The translations under genes and the position numbers were made by a program. The notes below the pieces were generated by a model. It had not been told where the DNA came from. It saw nothing but the letters and a program-made list of their open reading frames with translations, and did not search any database. A stretch of DNA of 64,000 nucleotides from Octopus vulgaris (Eukaryota), in the NCBI GenBank assembly GCA_951406725.2, contig OX597817.1:168578001-168642000 (forward strand). Reading direction: 5' to 3'. Positions 1-12,267 of this stretch are shown one piece after another. The stretch's first letter is position 1; each line of letters begins with the position of its first letter.

Positions 1-1310
1 TACCGTCATGAGGGCCAGTCAGGCAGTACTGGCAATGGCCACACTCAAATAGTGCTTTTTATGTGCCATCAGCATAGGAGCCAGTCCAGTGGCACTGGCA
101 ACGACCTCGCTCGAATGTTTTTTTTACGTGCCACCAGCACAAGTGCCAGTAAGGCAACGCAGGTAACGATCGTGCTCGAATGGTGTTTTAACATGCCATC
201 AGTACAGAGGCCAGCTTGTTGCTCTGGCAACGATCTCACTCGTATGGTACTCTTAGCACTCAACTAGCAACGGATGCCAGTCATCGAATTTGATTTCAAT
301 TTCTTCCAAAAATAAGGTTGTAGGCTTAATGTCTTTTCAGTTTTACATTTATGCAATTGTATGCAGCTCAGTTTGAACCATCTATTGAATTTCTTTGATG
401 CAGCAATTCCTAGCAAATCAATACATGAAGAGTGGATTTTTTGCTATGTATGAGCCCAGTATAGTTTTAGCTCTTCGAGTAGTCAGTATGATGTATTGTT
501 CGTTTGTGTGTGTATGTGCATTTAGTTTGGTGCAGTTTTGGCTCTTTTAGTAGTCAATGTCATTTAGTCTTCATTTTGTGTGTGTGTGCATGCATGCATG
601 CATGTGTATGATCAGTGAGACTACATTTGCAGTGTCAGGTCAGTGTTATTTAATATTGGCTGATTGTCACTATGGTGTAGAGTTGACTGTATGTGTGTTT
701 GTGGTCACTACATTACAGAGTATTCTACTGTGTTTTAGCTTCGATGCAGTTTTGGCAGTGGTCAGTTTTTCTCTCTATGTGCTACCTATCTGTAGATTTG
801 ACTTTTTGTGTGTCCAGTGTGATTTAGTGTTGGCTGTACATGTGGTCAATGTGACAATGTATTGGCAATGTGGTCAGTTGTATGTAGTGGTTGTGTGTGT
901 TGTCAGTGTGGTGGAGTGTTGTCTGAGTGGCCAGTGTGATGTACTTATTGTCTTTGTATGTGATCGGTCAGAAGCAGACCCAGTCATTCGGTCAATGTCA
1001 TGCAGGCTAGTGTAATGTATAGTTGAGTTTTTGTGTGGTCAGTTTGACCCAGATTTATCTACGAAACAGTTTGTTGAGACAGTCCCACTACACTGATACC
1101 TGACAATACTGAGCTTAAATCCTGTTTAGGTTAAATTGTCCTGGTGTCTACTTAACAACTTACAACATATAAACAATAAGGACTATCACATGTTTGCATA
1201 CCCACCAGTGTAGGAGTGCTCTGTGGTGCACTCTTGTAGCAGTGCGGAAATATAAGTATACGGAGCTTTTAACTGGTAGCACTTGCATGTGCAAGTTGTT
1301 TGCAAGACAT

Positions 1311-1703
1311 CAGTATTGCCTGGCGTTGCTCGGGTTTGTTTTGACCCTTTAGAATTGGAATTTTTGAAAAGTAAAAATTTAGCATTATGTAGCTTGTTAT
1401 TCTCTTTAAGTGAACATTTTTCTGGTTGAAATACACTGAAAAATGGTGACACAGCAGTCAAAAATATCGTAAAAAATAGAGATTTTCATAGAAAAAAAGC
1501 ACCTTTTTGATGTAAATAATTTTTGGTCTTAACATGGTCTGATTTGAATTTTATCTTCTACGGAATGAAGAGCAAGCCTTCTTCTATCATACTCTCAATT
1601 TTGGTCAACTTGCGCTGCAGGGTCTCGGAGGAGATAGTGTTAGTTGAAGTCTACCAAACCTGCCACACACAGACAATTTCAGCTTTATATATATATATAT
1701 AGA
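1311..1703 (-). mobile_element. Non-autonomous Helitron-like element, family H1 (3' end clipped); duplicate at 13848-14238
   Basis: Reverse complement of 7659-8020; keeps the CCCGAGCAACGCCAGG subterminal hairpin but lacks terminal CTAG. Confidence 0.75.
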
Positions 1704-2623
1704 AGAAGACATTGTAGATGTAAAGTAGTATATTAATAAAGTGCAGCTGCACAATAGAACTGTTCTAAGTTCAGCTGAGCAATAGTGCAGCTCTACTTTG
1801 TTTGCATACCCACCAGTGTAGGAGTGCTCTGTGGTGCACTCTTGCAGCAGTGCAGAAATATAAGTGTATGACATTGTAGTTGTACAGTAGTACATCGATA
1901 AAGTGCAGCTGCACAATAGCACAGTTCTAAGTACAGCTGTGCAATAGTGCAGCTCTACATGTGACAAGTAATAGTATCTGTAATTGGTGCATCTGATGCA
2001 AGTCTAACTTACAGCTGCATTAACACCTATATTTCATTGCACTTTCTCTATGCATGTGTATCTGTGCAGCTGCAAAGCATGTAACAGTGTGTGTGTGTGC
2101 ATGTGAGCAATGGTCTGCGTAGTGATTAATGTGTGTGCGTGCATGTGCAGTAGAGGCTGTCTTGCACTATGTGTAATAGTGTGTGTGTGTATTGCTATGC
2201 ACCTGTCACTGTATTACTGTGTGTGTGTGTGTGTGTGAGAAAGTATTACTCTGTGTGTGTGTGCATGTATCACTATATGCGTATGGTTCTATCACTGTGC
2301 ACTCGTCTCTATTATTTTATGTAAGTATTACTTAAATGGTATGCGTGTGTATCACTAAGTGAATGCCTGTCTATCATTGAGTGTGTGTGTGTGTGTGAGT
2401 ATGAGAGAGTATTGTTGTGTTTGTCTGTGTGTGTGTGATGGTCTGTGTGTGTGTGTGTGTGTTGTGTGATGTTTTGTTTGTGCTTGTTACTGTATATGTA
2501 TTTGTGTGCCTATTGGTGGATGTCTATGTTCTTCTATACGTGTGTGTGTGTGCAAGGATGTATCTATGTATTAATTGTCTGTCTGTATGTTTGACTGACT
2601 GTCTGTCGGTCTGTCTGTCTTTG

Positions 2624-2669
<46 letters not shown>

Positions 2670-2767
2670 CACACGCACACATTTATATATACATATATAA
2701 GGCTATGTATTCCTGTATTTGTGTGTATGTATTTATTATATAGTGTATGTTTGTGTGAGTGTGTATG

Positions 2768-2807
<40 letters not shown>

Positions 2808-3349
2808 TATATAGTGTATGTATGTGTGAGTGTGTATATATATATATATATTTATTATATAGTGTATGTATGTGTGTATGTATATATATATATACATACA
2901 CACACCCATATATTTATTATATCGTGTATGATATGTATGTGTGTATGTGATATATATATATATATATATATTGATAGATAGATAGATAGATAGATATGAC
3001 TGTGTACTCTGAGGTCAACTTAGCCTTTCATCCTTCTGGGGTTGATAAAATAAGTACCAGTTGAGAACTGGGATCAATAATCCCCAATTGGCTAACCCAT
3101 CCCCATAAAAATTTCAGGCCTTGTGCCTATAATAGAAAACATATGATTCTGTATATCTGCATGTGTGTGTATGTGTGTCAGTATATCTATGTATTATATA
3201 CAGTGTATGTGTTTATGTATGCTGATATGACTGTGTGTTGGTGTGTGTGTGTATGTGTGTCTTAGTGTGCATTCATATTACAGTTTGTGTGTGTGTGTGT
3301 GTGTATGTGTGTGTTTTTAAGTGTATGTCTGCTAAAATGCAGTGTCACC

Positions 3350-3658
3350 AAAGCTACCTACTCCACACCTAACATTACCTCCACCACTGCTACTGCCCTT
3401 ACCACTACAATTACTACCTCTACATCAGCTAAACTATCAACACTGAGACCACCACCACCACCACCACCACCGCTTCTGCCACCACCACCACCACCACAAC
3501 ACCAACCACCACCATCTCAAAATGTCTCCCGGCATCACTGCTCTTGTTACCACACTAGAACCACAACCACCGTCAATCACATCACCACTGTGACACGCTA
3601 ACACTACTGCCACAACTCACTCGTTACAAAAGCGATCGCTACCATTTCCACCACCTCC

Positions 3659-3689
<31 letters not shown>

Positions 3690-3940
3690 CCACCACCATC
3701 GCTACTATTACTATGTTGTAACCATACCGCCGCCGCCGCCACCACCACCACCGCAACCACCACCGCCGCCACCTTCCATCCCCCACCACAACTGCCACAA
3801 CCAGTGTTCCTATGCCAACAGTGACACACCCACCACATGTGACTGTGTACACTCCCCACCCCCCCGCAACCCACCCACCCACCCCTCCCTCCCTTTCTCC
3901 CCTCTATACCAAATTCACTCCTCTAATTACACCCCCACCT
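3350..3940. repeat. (CCA)n-rich low-complexity tract; duplicate at about 15925-16515
   Basis: Degenerate CCA/CCG trinucleotide repeats. Confidence 0.85.
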
Positions 3941-4129
3941 ACTTACATAATTATATTCTTACACCTCTCATCCATCTTCCCTCCTACACACACACACACA
4001 CACACACGCACACACACACCTGTATTATTTAACCATGTCATTATGCAGCCTCCTTCTACAGCCACCACCATCTCTATCAACTTTTTGACCACCATTTTGT
4101 TCTGGTGACTTCCATCATGTGACAATTTC

Positions 4130-4171
<42 letters not shown>

Positions 4172-4329
4172 TCACTCATTTGCGTGTGACTGTATATTTC
4201 AAGATGTATGTATGTATATATATGTATATATGTGTGTGTGTGCTAGGCAAGTTGACAGTAAAGAAGGACTTAACATGAAATAAATTGCACAGAAGAATTT
4301 TAAAGAAAGATCACTCAAGAAATGGAATC

Positions 4330-4640
4330 TTTGTAACTAGCCAGAAGTAGTTGACAACTTCAATTACTCAGGTGACCTAATCAGCTGCGGAGATAAATGA
4401 GTATTAGGAAAACATTGTAGCCAGAGTAAGGATGGAGTGCTTAAAGTTCAGGAACATATTGACCTTATTTGCAACAAAAGAAATAGGGCTTCTCTCGTGG
4501 AAAAAGCAAACCTGTATCACACTTGTATACAGAGTGATATTGGATGGTGGCCAGACACTGAGTTTAAATGTTGAGGATGTGTGAAGGATGGGAAGAAATG
4601 AAGCAGCTTTGTTCCACTGATGAGTAATGTCAACGTGCTT
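4330..4640 (+). pseudogene. Decayed RTE-clade LINE ORF fragment (post-RT region); duplicate near 16900-17210
   Basis: Translates with stops and frameshifts to EVVDNFNYSGDLIS..IVARVRMECLKFRNILTL..KANLYHTCIQS..LNVEDV*RMGRNEAALF, matching the RTE pattern EVVDxFxYLGDxIS..ARIRxxWxKFRxL..LYxxCVR..RLERNE. Confidence 0.7.
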
Positions 4641-4692
4641 TGAATGATGTGAATGATAGAAGTAAAGGTGAGATTAAAGAAAGATTGGATAT

Positions 4693-4837
4693 AGGCGCAG
4701 GAGTGGCTGTGTGGTAAGTAGCTTGTTTACCAACCACATGGTTCCAGGTTCAGTCCCACTGTGTGGTACCTTATAGCCTTGGGCTGACCAAACCCTTGTG
4801 AGTGGATTTGGTAGACGGAAACTGAAAGAAGCCTGTC

Positions 4838-4887
<50 letters not shown>

Positions 4888-5112
4888 TGCCCCAGCATGG
4901 CCACAGCTCGTGAGCTAAAACTAGAATCAATCAATCAATCATATATGCGTGTGTGTGTTTGTGTGTCTGTGTTTGTCTCCCTAGCATTGCTTGACAACCG
5001 ATGCTGGTGTGTTTATGTCCCCGTTACTTAGCGGTTCGGCAAAAGAGACCGATAGAATAAGTACTGGGCTTACAAAAGCAGTCAAATGACTGAAACAAGT
5101 AAAAGAGTAAAA
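4693..5112 (+). mobile_element. SINE family B (tRNA-like head, internal TA/TG microsatellite)
   Basis: Head ggcgcaggagtggctgtgtggtaag..ggttcagtccc and AAGAGT tail; many copies in window; the CORE-like ccttgggcaagtg segment seen in other copies is deleted here. Confidence 0.85.
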
Positions 5113-5382
5113 GAGTATAAGGGGATTCAGGTGTAATATGTGGATACTGGGTGAATGAGTAGAGCACCCAAATGATTCCAATGGATGGAATCTGTGGAAG
5201 AGGAAGATCACAAAAAGCTATGGTGAAGTTTGATTGCTGGATGTAGAACTTGTTTGAGGATTCTGTGGAATCCACGGATGAGAAGATGCTGTGTACTGGG
5301 GTAAATTTGGGTAATGTGTACCAGCATGAAAATAAACCTGCAAAATTATGATGATGATCTCTCTTTCTCTCTCTCTTTCACT

Positions 5383-5423
<41 letters not shown>

Positions 5424-5460
5424 GCACACACAAATACACACATGCACACACACATAATAA

Positions 5461-5690
5461 GGCGGTGAGCTGGCAGAAGCGTTAGCACGCCGGATGAAAT
5501 GCTTAGCGGTATTTCATCTGCTGTTATGTTCTGAGTTCAAATTCTGCTGAGGTCGACTTTGCCTTTCATCCTTTCCGGGTCGATTAAATAAGTACCAGTT
5601 ACGCACTGGGGTCGATGTAATCAATTTAATCCCTTTGTCCTTGTTTGTCCCCTCTATGTTTAGCCCCTTGTGGGCAATAAAGAAATAACA
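5461..5690 (+). mobile_element. SINE family C
   Basis: ggcggtgagctggcagaa head; core gaggtcgactttgcctttcatcctttc..gtcgat..aagtacc; A-rich tail; multiple copies. Confidence 0.85.
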
Positions 5691-5710
5691 TATATATATT
5701 TGGATTGGAA

Positions 5711-6088
5711 GCACTCCGTCGGTTACGACGACGAGGGTTCCGGTTGATCCGAATCAACGGAACAGCCTGCTCATGAAATTAACGTGCAAGTGGCTGAGCA
5801 CTCCACAGACACGTGTACCCTTAACATAGTTCTCGGGGATATTCAGCGTGACACAGAGAGTGACAAGGCCGGCCCTTTGAAATACAGGTACAACAGAAAC
5901 AGGAAGTAAGAGTGAGAGAAAGTTGTGGTGAAAGAGTACAGCAGGGATCACCACCATCCCTGCCGGAGCCTCGTGGAGCTTTAGGTGTTTTCGCTCAATA
6001 AACTCTCACAACACCCGGTCTGGGAATCGAAACCGCGATCCTACGACCGCGAATCTGCTGCCCTAACCACTGGGCCATTGTGCCTTCA
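5711..6088 (-). mobile_element. tRNA-derived SINE family D; duplicate at 18246-18622
   Basis: Reverse complement of the TSD-flanked copy at 44746-45128. Confidence 0.85.
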
Positions 6089-6245
6089 CTTATATATATA
6101 TGAGACGTTTTAGTATCCAGAAGACCCAAAATGGCAGGTGAGGCTATGTAAGTGCTATGGAAAGACCATAGTTAGACTCCCGGTTTGATAATAGTATAAG
6201 TGAAGAGTCTAATGTGGGTTGTGTTTGAGCATGTACATGTTAAAA

Positions 6246-6382
6246 AAAATGAGACAACACATCCAAGGCAATGTGAAATTTCTAGGACATTTATAAAGAG
6301 AAAGGTAAGATCTTGAAGACTACCTTTCTCTTTATAAATGTCCCAGAAATTTCATGCTGCCTTGGATTTGTTGTCTTATTTT
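6246..6382. repeat. Fold-back palindrome (~62 bp arms, 13 nt loop); duplicate near 18780-18918
   Basis: aaaatgagacaac..ataaagagaaaggta pairs with tacctttctctttat..gttgtcttatttt. Confidence 0.85.
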
Positions 6383-6443
6383 ATTTTATATATATATATA
6401 TATGATAGATTGCTAGCCAGTACACTTTATTTTTTATCCTTGT

Positions 6444-6483
6444 GTCTTTCTGTGGAAGAGCGTAGGCTCGAAACGTTAAAGAC
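6444..6483 (+). ncRNA. Minimal hammerhead-like motif in a ~140 bp cassette (6403-6545)
   Basis: GTCTTT-CTGTGGA-A-GAGC gtag GCTC-GAAA-CG-TT-AAAGAC: 6 bp stem I, 4 bp stem II, palindromic AACGTT; core position 6 is U instead of A. Confidence 0.6.
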
Positions 6484-6547
6484 TTTTTCACTTCCTGAGC
6501 ATTATACTAATACATCTTTTTTTTTTTTTTTTGTGAATTCTCCCCCC

Positions 6548-6596
<49 letters not shown>

Positions 6597-7490
6597 TATA
6601 TCTTATGATAAAAGGCAGATTTTCTCTGCCTGTTCTCATGTTTCTTTTTAATACAATTCTACAATATACAATTTCTTCAATTGGAATTTACCTATGATTT
6701 TTACAAGTAGTTTCGATTGGGTCATGGCATATCAAGTTTTTTTCAATTTGACCCCCAATTAAGCAAAAATTCGAGAAAACTCAATATTTTACGATTTGCC
6801 TCTCACATTTCAAGTGGTTTACTCCTGCTATTACCACCACACTTTCTCCTACTTTCTCTTTGCAAGTGTGAAACTATTAAAGTGAAAGTATTCCCTTATT
6901 ATGTGTGTGTGTGTGTGTGTATGTGCATAAAATTGCATCAATGACTTGAACTTGAATAAGTGGTTTCACATAAATGGGGATAAATTAAAAAGGTTTGTTG
7001 TTATTATTATTACTGTTTGACTATTGTAATCACGTTTATTGGTTCCGCGTCAGGGAAACATTGTTGTGTTGCATTTGTTAAATAATTGTAAACCATAACC
7101 CTCCCCCTTTCGGAGAAAGGGCTTTGGTTATTGTTTAAAAATTGAATTGTGTCCCTGTTTGGGAAAATTGACAATATTTTCACCGTCTTTACGGAAGCAT
7201 TTTTGTTAAAATGCCTTCGATAGAAGAAAGTCCAAAAATGAATTTCGCTGCAGCCGTACACTTCTATACAAGAGGGAGGACAAGATCCAATTGATCGAAA
7301 TTGCAAGAGACGGGCCTACAATTCCAGTCTGTTATATATTTTGAGTATTGTTATCACTAGCGATATCAAGATATAACTTTGTATTTTGTATTTTATGTGT
7401 AGATGTATATATATATAGATGTACATGTAATATGTACACATATATATATACACATATATACATGCATAATATATCTACCCATACACACAT

Positions 7491-7531
<41 letters not shown>

Positions 7532-7658
7532 TAGGGGCAGGTGTGGCTGTGTGGTAACAAACTACGTTCCAAACACATGGTCCTGGGTTCATGTACATAT
7601 ATACATACATACATCCATACATGTGTGTGTATGTATGTGTATTAATGTGTGTGTGTTA

Positions 7659-8020
7659 TCTCTCTATATATAAAGCTGAAGTTGTCTATGTGCGCCAGGT
7701 TTGGTAACCTTCAACTAACACTATCTCCTCCGAGACCCTGCAGCGCAAGTTGACCAAAATTGAGAGTATGATAGAAGAAGGATTGCTCTTCCTTCCTTAG
7801 AAGAAAAATTCAAATCAGACCATGTTAAGACCAAAAATTATTTACATCAAAAAGGTGCTTTTTTCTATGAAAATCCCTATTTTTTACGATTTTTTTTACT
7901 GCTGTGTCGCCACTTTTCGGTGTATTTCAACAAGCTATATAATGCAAAATTTTTACTTTTCAAAAATTCCAATTCCAGCGGGTCAAAACAAACCCGAGCA
8001 ACACCAGGCGATACTGCTAG
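7659..8020 (+). mobile_element. Non-autonomous Helitron-like element H1; duplicate at 20206-20589
   Basis: 5' TC, 3' CTAG preceded by a GC-rich hairpin, inserted between A and T, no TSD. Confidence 0.8.
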
Positions 8021-8346
8021 TATATATTAAGTGGAGGGAAGTTGTGGAAAAGAAGACCCAAGAAGACATAGGATGAGGTATTGACAGCATGGCCGCAGTC
8101 AAATGACTTATGAAAGTGACAGATGACTAAGATATGTGGTGCATTGGTGTGGATGCTGGTTCCACATAAAAAGCACCCAGTAATAAACTATATAAAGTGG
8201 TTCGCATTAGGAAGGATATCTAGCTGTAGGAACCAAGCCAAAACAGACTATAGGACGTGGTGCACCCCCTGGCCTTACCAGTTCTTGTTAAGCTGTTCAA
8301 CCCATGCCAGTATGGAAAATGGACGTTAAATTTTGATAATGATGAT

Positions 8347-8379
<33 letters not shown>

Positions 8380-8384
8380 CTCGC

Positions 8385-8777
8385 TTTACTCTTTTACTTG
8401 TTTCAGTCATTTGACTGTGGCCATGCTGGAGCACCGCCTTTAGTGGAGCAAATCGACCCTGGGACTTATTCTTTGTAAGGCCAGTACTTATTCTATCAGT
8501 CTCCTTTGCCGAACCGCTAAGTGACGGGAACGTAAACACACCAGCATCGGTTGTCAATCAATGCTAGGGGGACAAACACAAACACACACACATACATATA
8601 CATATATATATACATATATACGACAGGCTTCTTTCAGTTTCCGTCTTCCAAATCCACTCACAAGGCATTGGTCGGCCCGGGACTATAGCAGAAGACACTT
8701 GCCCAAGATGCCACGCAGTGGGACTGAACCCGGAACAATGTGGTTGGTTAGCAAGCTACTTACCTCACAGCCACTCC
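8385..8777 (-). mobile_element. SINE family B; duplicate near 20930-21320
   Basis: Reverse complement of the family B sequence, near full length. Confidence 0.85.
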
Positions 8778-9519
8778 TTTGAACAGTTTATATATATCCC
8801 CTAGCATAAAGCTGCCCACTCTCTTCTGAGTTTATGGCCTTGCAAACTGTGTGGCAAGCTTATTAGTGCTGGTGGTATATATAAGGCCCCTAATACACAC
8901 TGTAAAGTGCTTGGTGCTGCTAAGGGTGTCCAGTCATAGAAGCCATGCCAAAGTAGACACTTGAGTGCAATGCAATCCCTGGACTCATCAGATTCTCTCA
9001 GACTATTCAAACCATACCAGCATGGAACATGGATACTTGATGACAATGATCATGTTATATATATATATATTATAGGCGTAGGAAAGCTGAAAGAAGCCCA
9101 TCGTATATATGTGTGTATATATATATATATATATAAATATACAAATAAATATATATATGTATGTGTGTGTGTATACGTTTGTGTGTTTGTGTTTGTCCCC
9201 CCCCAACATTGCTTGGCAACCAATGCTGGTGTGTTTACGTCCCCATAACTTAGCGGTTTGGCAAAAGAGACTGATAGAATAAGTACTAGGCTTACAAACA
9301 ATACAGTTAAAAGAGTATATGTGTGTGTGTGTAAGATTGTGACATATGACTTCAAATGAAAGATTGATTGAACATGCATTAGCTTAAAGTTTTTGTGCTA
9401 AAACTGTTTGCCCTTCCTGTTGCTAACCCTTACCTACTTTGCAAGTAAGGGAGTTTTCTTCCTTCTTATCATCAAGCATGCAGAGCTACTAGGAAATGTC
9501 AATATTATATATACATATA

Positions 9520-9727
9520 CAGGGTGCGGCAGAAATACCTCCTACATTTGAAAGGTTGACAAAAGGAAAAAGAAGCAACATTTATGAAAAATTAATTTTA
9601 CTCTTGTTTAAACAAAGGGTTACAGTTTTTGTTCATTAGCTAAATGGAAACATCATTGGCACTTGCATAAGTTCATTTGCAACACATAGGTGAAAGTTTA
9701 AAACGTGGGAGGTATTTCTGCTGCACC

Positions 9728-9730
<3 letters not shown>
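9520..9730. mobile_element. Tc1/mariner-type MITE; duplicate at 22061-22271
   Basis: TIRs CAGGGTGCGGCAGAAATACCTCC / GGAGGTATTTCTGCTGCACCCTG, each flanked by TA. Confidence 0.85.
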
Positions 9731-9767
<37 letters not shown>

Positions 9768-9893
9768 CAATAATAATTCTTTAAACGAGATATAGACAGT
9801 AACTGCTCCATAACATAAGGGACATTAGCCATTTGAATGTGGCTAGGGACAGGGCAGGGCGGTGGGGGTGTTACTGATGCATTTAGCCCCAGG

Positions 9894-9993
9894 NNNNNNN
9901 NNNNNNNNNNNNNNNNNNNNNNNNNNNNNNNNNNNNNNNNNNNNNNNNNNNNNNNNNNNNNNNNNNNNNNNNNNNNNNNNNNNNNNNNNNNNN
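9894..9993. other. Scaffold gap, 100 N
   Basis: Run of exactly 100 N. Confidence 0.99.
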
Positions 9994-10370
9994 AATGGAA
10001 ATCGATCAATGGAAATTGCAGATGTGTTACCAGTGCCGGTGGCATGTAAGAGAACCTTCCGTTTCGCGACCGTTGCCAGCACCGCCCCGTGTCCGTTGCC
10101 AGCCTCGCCTGGCCCTTGTGCCGGTGGCACATAAAAAGCACCATCCGTTCGTGGCCGTTTGCCAGCTCTGTCTGGCACCTGTGCGGGTGGCACGTAAAAA
10201 GCACCCACTACACTCACGGAGTGGTTGGCGTTAGGAAGGGCATCCAGCCGTAGAAACACTGCCAGATTTGACTGGGCCTGATGAGTCCTTCTGGCTTCAC
10301 AGACCCCAGTAGAACCGTCCAACCCATGCTAGCATGGAAAGCGGACACTAAACGATGATGATGATGATGA

Positions 10371-10373
<3 letters not shown>
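9994..10373 (+). mobile_element. SINE-like family A ((ATG)n tail, internal ~60 bp subrepeats)
   Basis: Ends ccaacccatgctagcatggaaagcggac..aaacgatgatgatg; more than a dozen copies in window. Confidence 0.85.
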
Positions 10374-10406
<33 letters not shown>

Positions 10407-10748
10407 GCACATATATGTATAAAATTTAGAGAAAAGCCTCTATTAAACAATTCAATAGTGAAAGATGTTATTCACACCATGTAGAAAAAGTTAAATATAC
10501 TATAGAAAACATTATTCTAAAAATCAGTATACATATATATATATATATATATATATATCATCATTTGAAAATCCAAGAGTCAGAGAAACAGGCACTTTTA
10601 TACCAATCCTTTTATAGCCTTGTATATACTGTATCAGGATTGGGTTTTTTTCCCTCCCCAAACTTGTATATGAAACCAGTCACTAAAACCAACTGAAATG
10701 GATCTATAATACTGTATAGTTATTACATATAGTAAAATTGATAAAAAG

Positions 10749-10990
10749 AAAGAGTGCATTGAACTTTCTGTAGGAAGTGGAAAATGCAATATTTCAGATA
10801 AAGTCCTTCTTCAAGGAAAAATTTATTGGAGAGAAATCAATGGGAGACAGCATTGTTTTACAGCCACTAAGTTGAGAAAACTTTTCTGCTGTCTTGAAAT
10901 AGTTTCTCTCCTGGCAATTTTTACCTGACAAAAGACTTTGTCTGAAATGATGCATTTTCTACTCCCTATGTTAAGTTCATTGTACTCTTT
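10749..10990. repeat. Degenerate fold-back palindrome with a decayed hammerhead-like motif in each arm
   Basis: aagagtgcattgaactt pairs with aagttcattgtactctt; plus strand CTGACAA-A-AGAC ttt GTCT-GAAA at 10925-10947; minus strand TTGAAGA-A-GGAC ttt ATCT-GAAA-TATT. Confidence 0.65.
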
Positions 10991-11238
10991 TTATTGATCT
11001 TACAAGTCTTGCCAGTGCACAGTGTACAAGTCTTGCTAGTGCAAACCAACACCAGTCTCTTTGGAGTCCGTTTAATAATATATATACAAAGGAAAAGTGG
11101 TGGGGGAAAAAGCCCTACATATTCTATTGCAAGAACATAAGCACATTTTTATTTTTCACAGATGAGAGTAAAAGTATTCAATACATATATACTTTCTCTC
11201 TATCAGCTCGCAACCTATCTACCAGCTCGCTACCTTAA

Positions 11239-11457
11239 CCCTTTAGTGTTCAGATTATTCTATCAAACATAATGCTTATTGATTCCCATTGATTTGAATT
11301 AATCATGCATTATCTCATATCTTCAAGATCTTGATGGTGTAATTACTTAATATAGAATAACATTGTAGGGTAGGTGTGAGAGCCTGGATCTGGTCAGTTT
11401 GAACATAAAACAGATTAAATATTTTGGCTGGATATGGCCGGTTTAAATACTAAAGGG
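11239..11457. mobile_element. piggyBac-type MITE (219 bp)
   Basis: TTAA|CCCTTTAG...CTAAAGGG|TTAA. Confidence 0.9.
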
Positions 11458-11479
11458 TTAATAATAATAATAATAATAA

Positions 11480-11693
11480 TCCTTTCTACTGGAGACACAA
11501 GGCCTCATACTTGTGGAGAGGGGACTAGTTGATTACATTGATCCCAGTGTTTCACTGGTACTTAATTCATCGACCCCGAAAGGATGAAAGGCAAAGTCGA
11601 CCTAGGCGGAGTTTGAACTCAGAACGTAACGATGGGCAAAATATTGCCAAGCAATTCATCCAGCACACTTACGATTCTGCCAGCTCGCCGCCT
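11480..11693 (-). mobile_element. SINE family C
   Basis: Reverse complement of the family C core, flanked by (AAT)n. Confidence 0.8.
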
Positions 11694-11765
11694 TAATAAT
11701 AATAATAATAATAATAATAATTATTATTTCAAATTTTTGTCATAAGAGCACTTATAATAATAATA

Positions 11766-11806
<41 letters not shown>

Positions 11807-12267
11807 CTTTCTCTGGGCATGTGTTATTTGAAGGGAAATAACTCTATTTTAGCTAAATCAGATGTGTCTATCTGTCTGTCCATCTGGATGTATGCCTTTT
11901 TTTCCTTCATGCATATAAAGAGAGATGTGTTTGTGTCAGGTTCATTTTCAGTAGTCTATTTTTCTCTCTTTATATTCATTTTTGTTTTTCTTTATGTTTA
12001 ACATTCAATGTTTTTCTCTTTCTCTCTCACTTTCTCCTCTCTCTCTCTTTCTGTATGTGTATGTATATGCGATCATCAGCCTTCAGTTTCGAAACATCTT
12101 TGCCAAAAAAAGTCATTGCCAAAACCAGTTTAGTCCAAAAATGGCTTGCATCCAATAGCCCCATCCCAATATAACCTTCTTTAAATTTAAAAGTTAAAAT
12201 ACATGCATCCCAAATTGTAAGCCCTAGTTTTGCACCTAGGTAACATAAATTTTGCTTAGGGACACAC

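Larger units (their letters stand above)
1..9893 (+). repeat. Copy 1 of a ~10 kb near-identical duplication (probable allelic haplotig)
   Basis: taccgtcatgagggccag at 1 recurs at 12460; colinear to gcatttagccccagg at 9893/22430, with scattered SNPs, microsatellite length changes and a few indels. Confidence 0.95.

Noticed and set aside
557-1015. 152 aa hydrophobic Val/Cys ORF, also at 13110-13541
   Set aside because: TG-rich low complexity; its recurrence is due only to the duplication; start frame differs between copies
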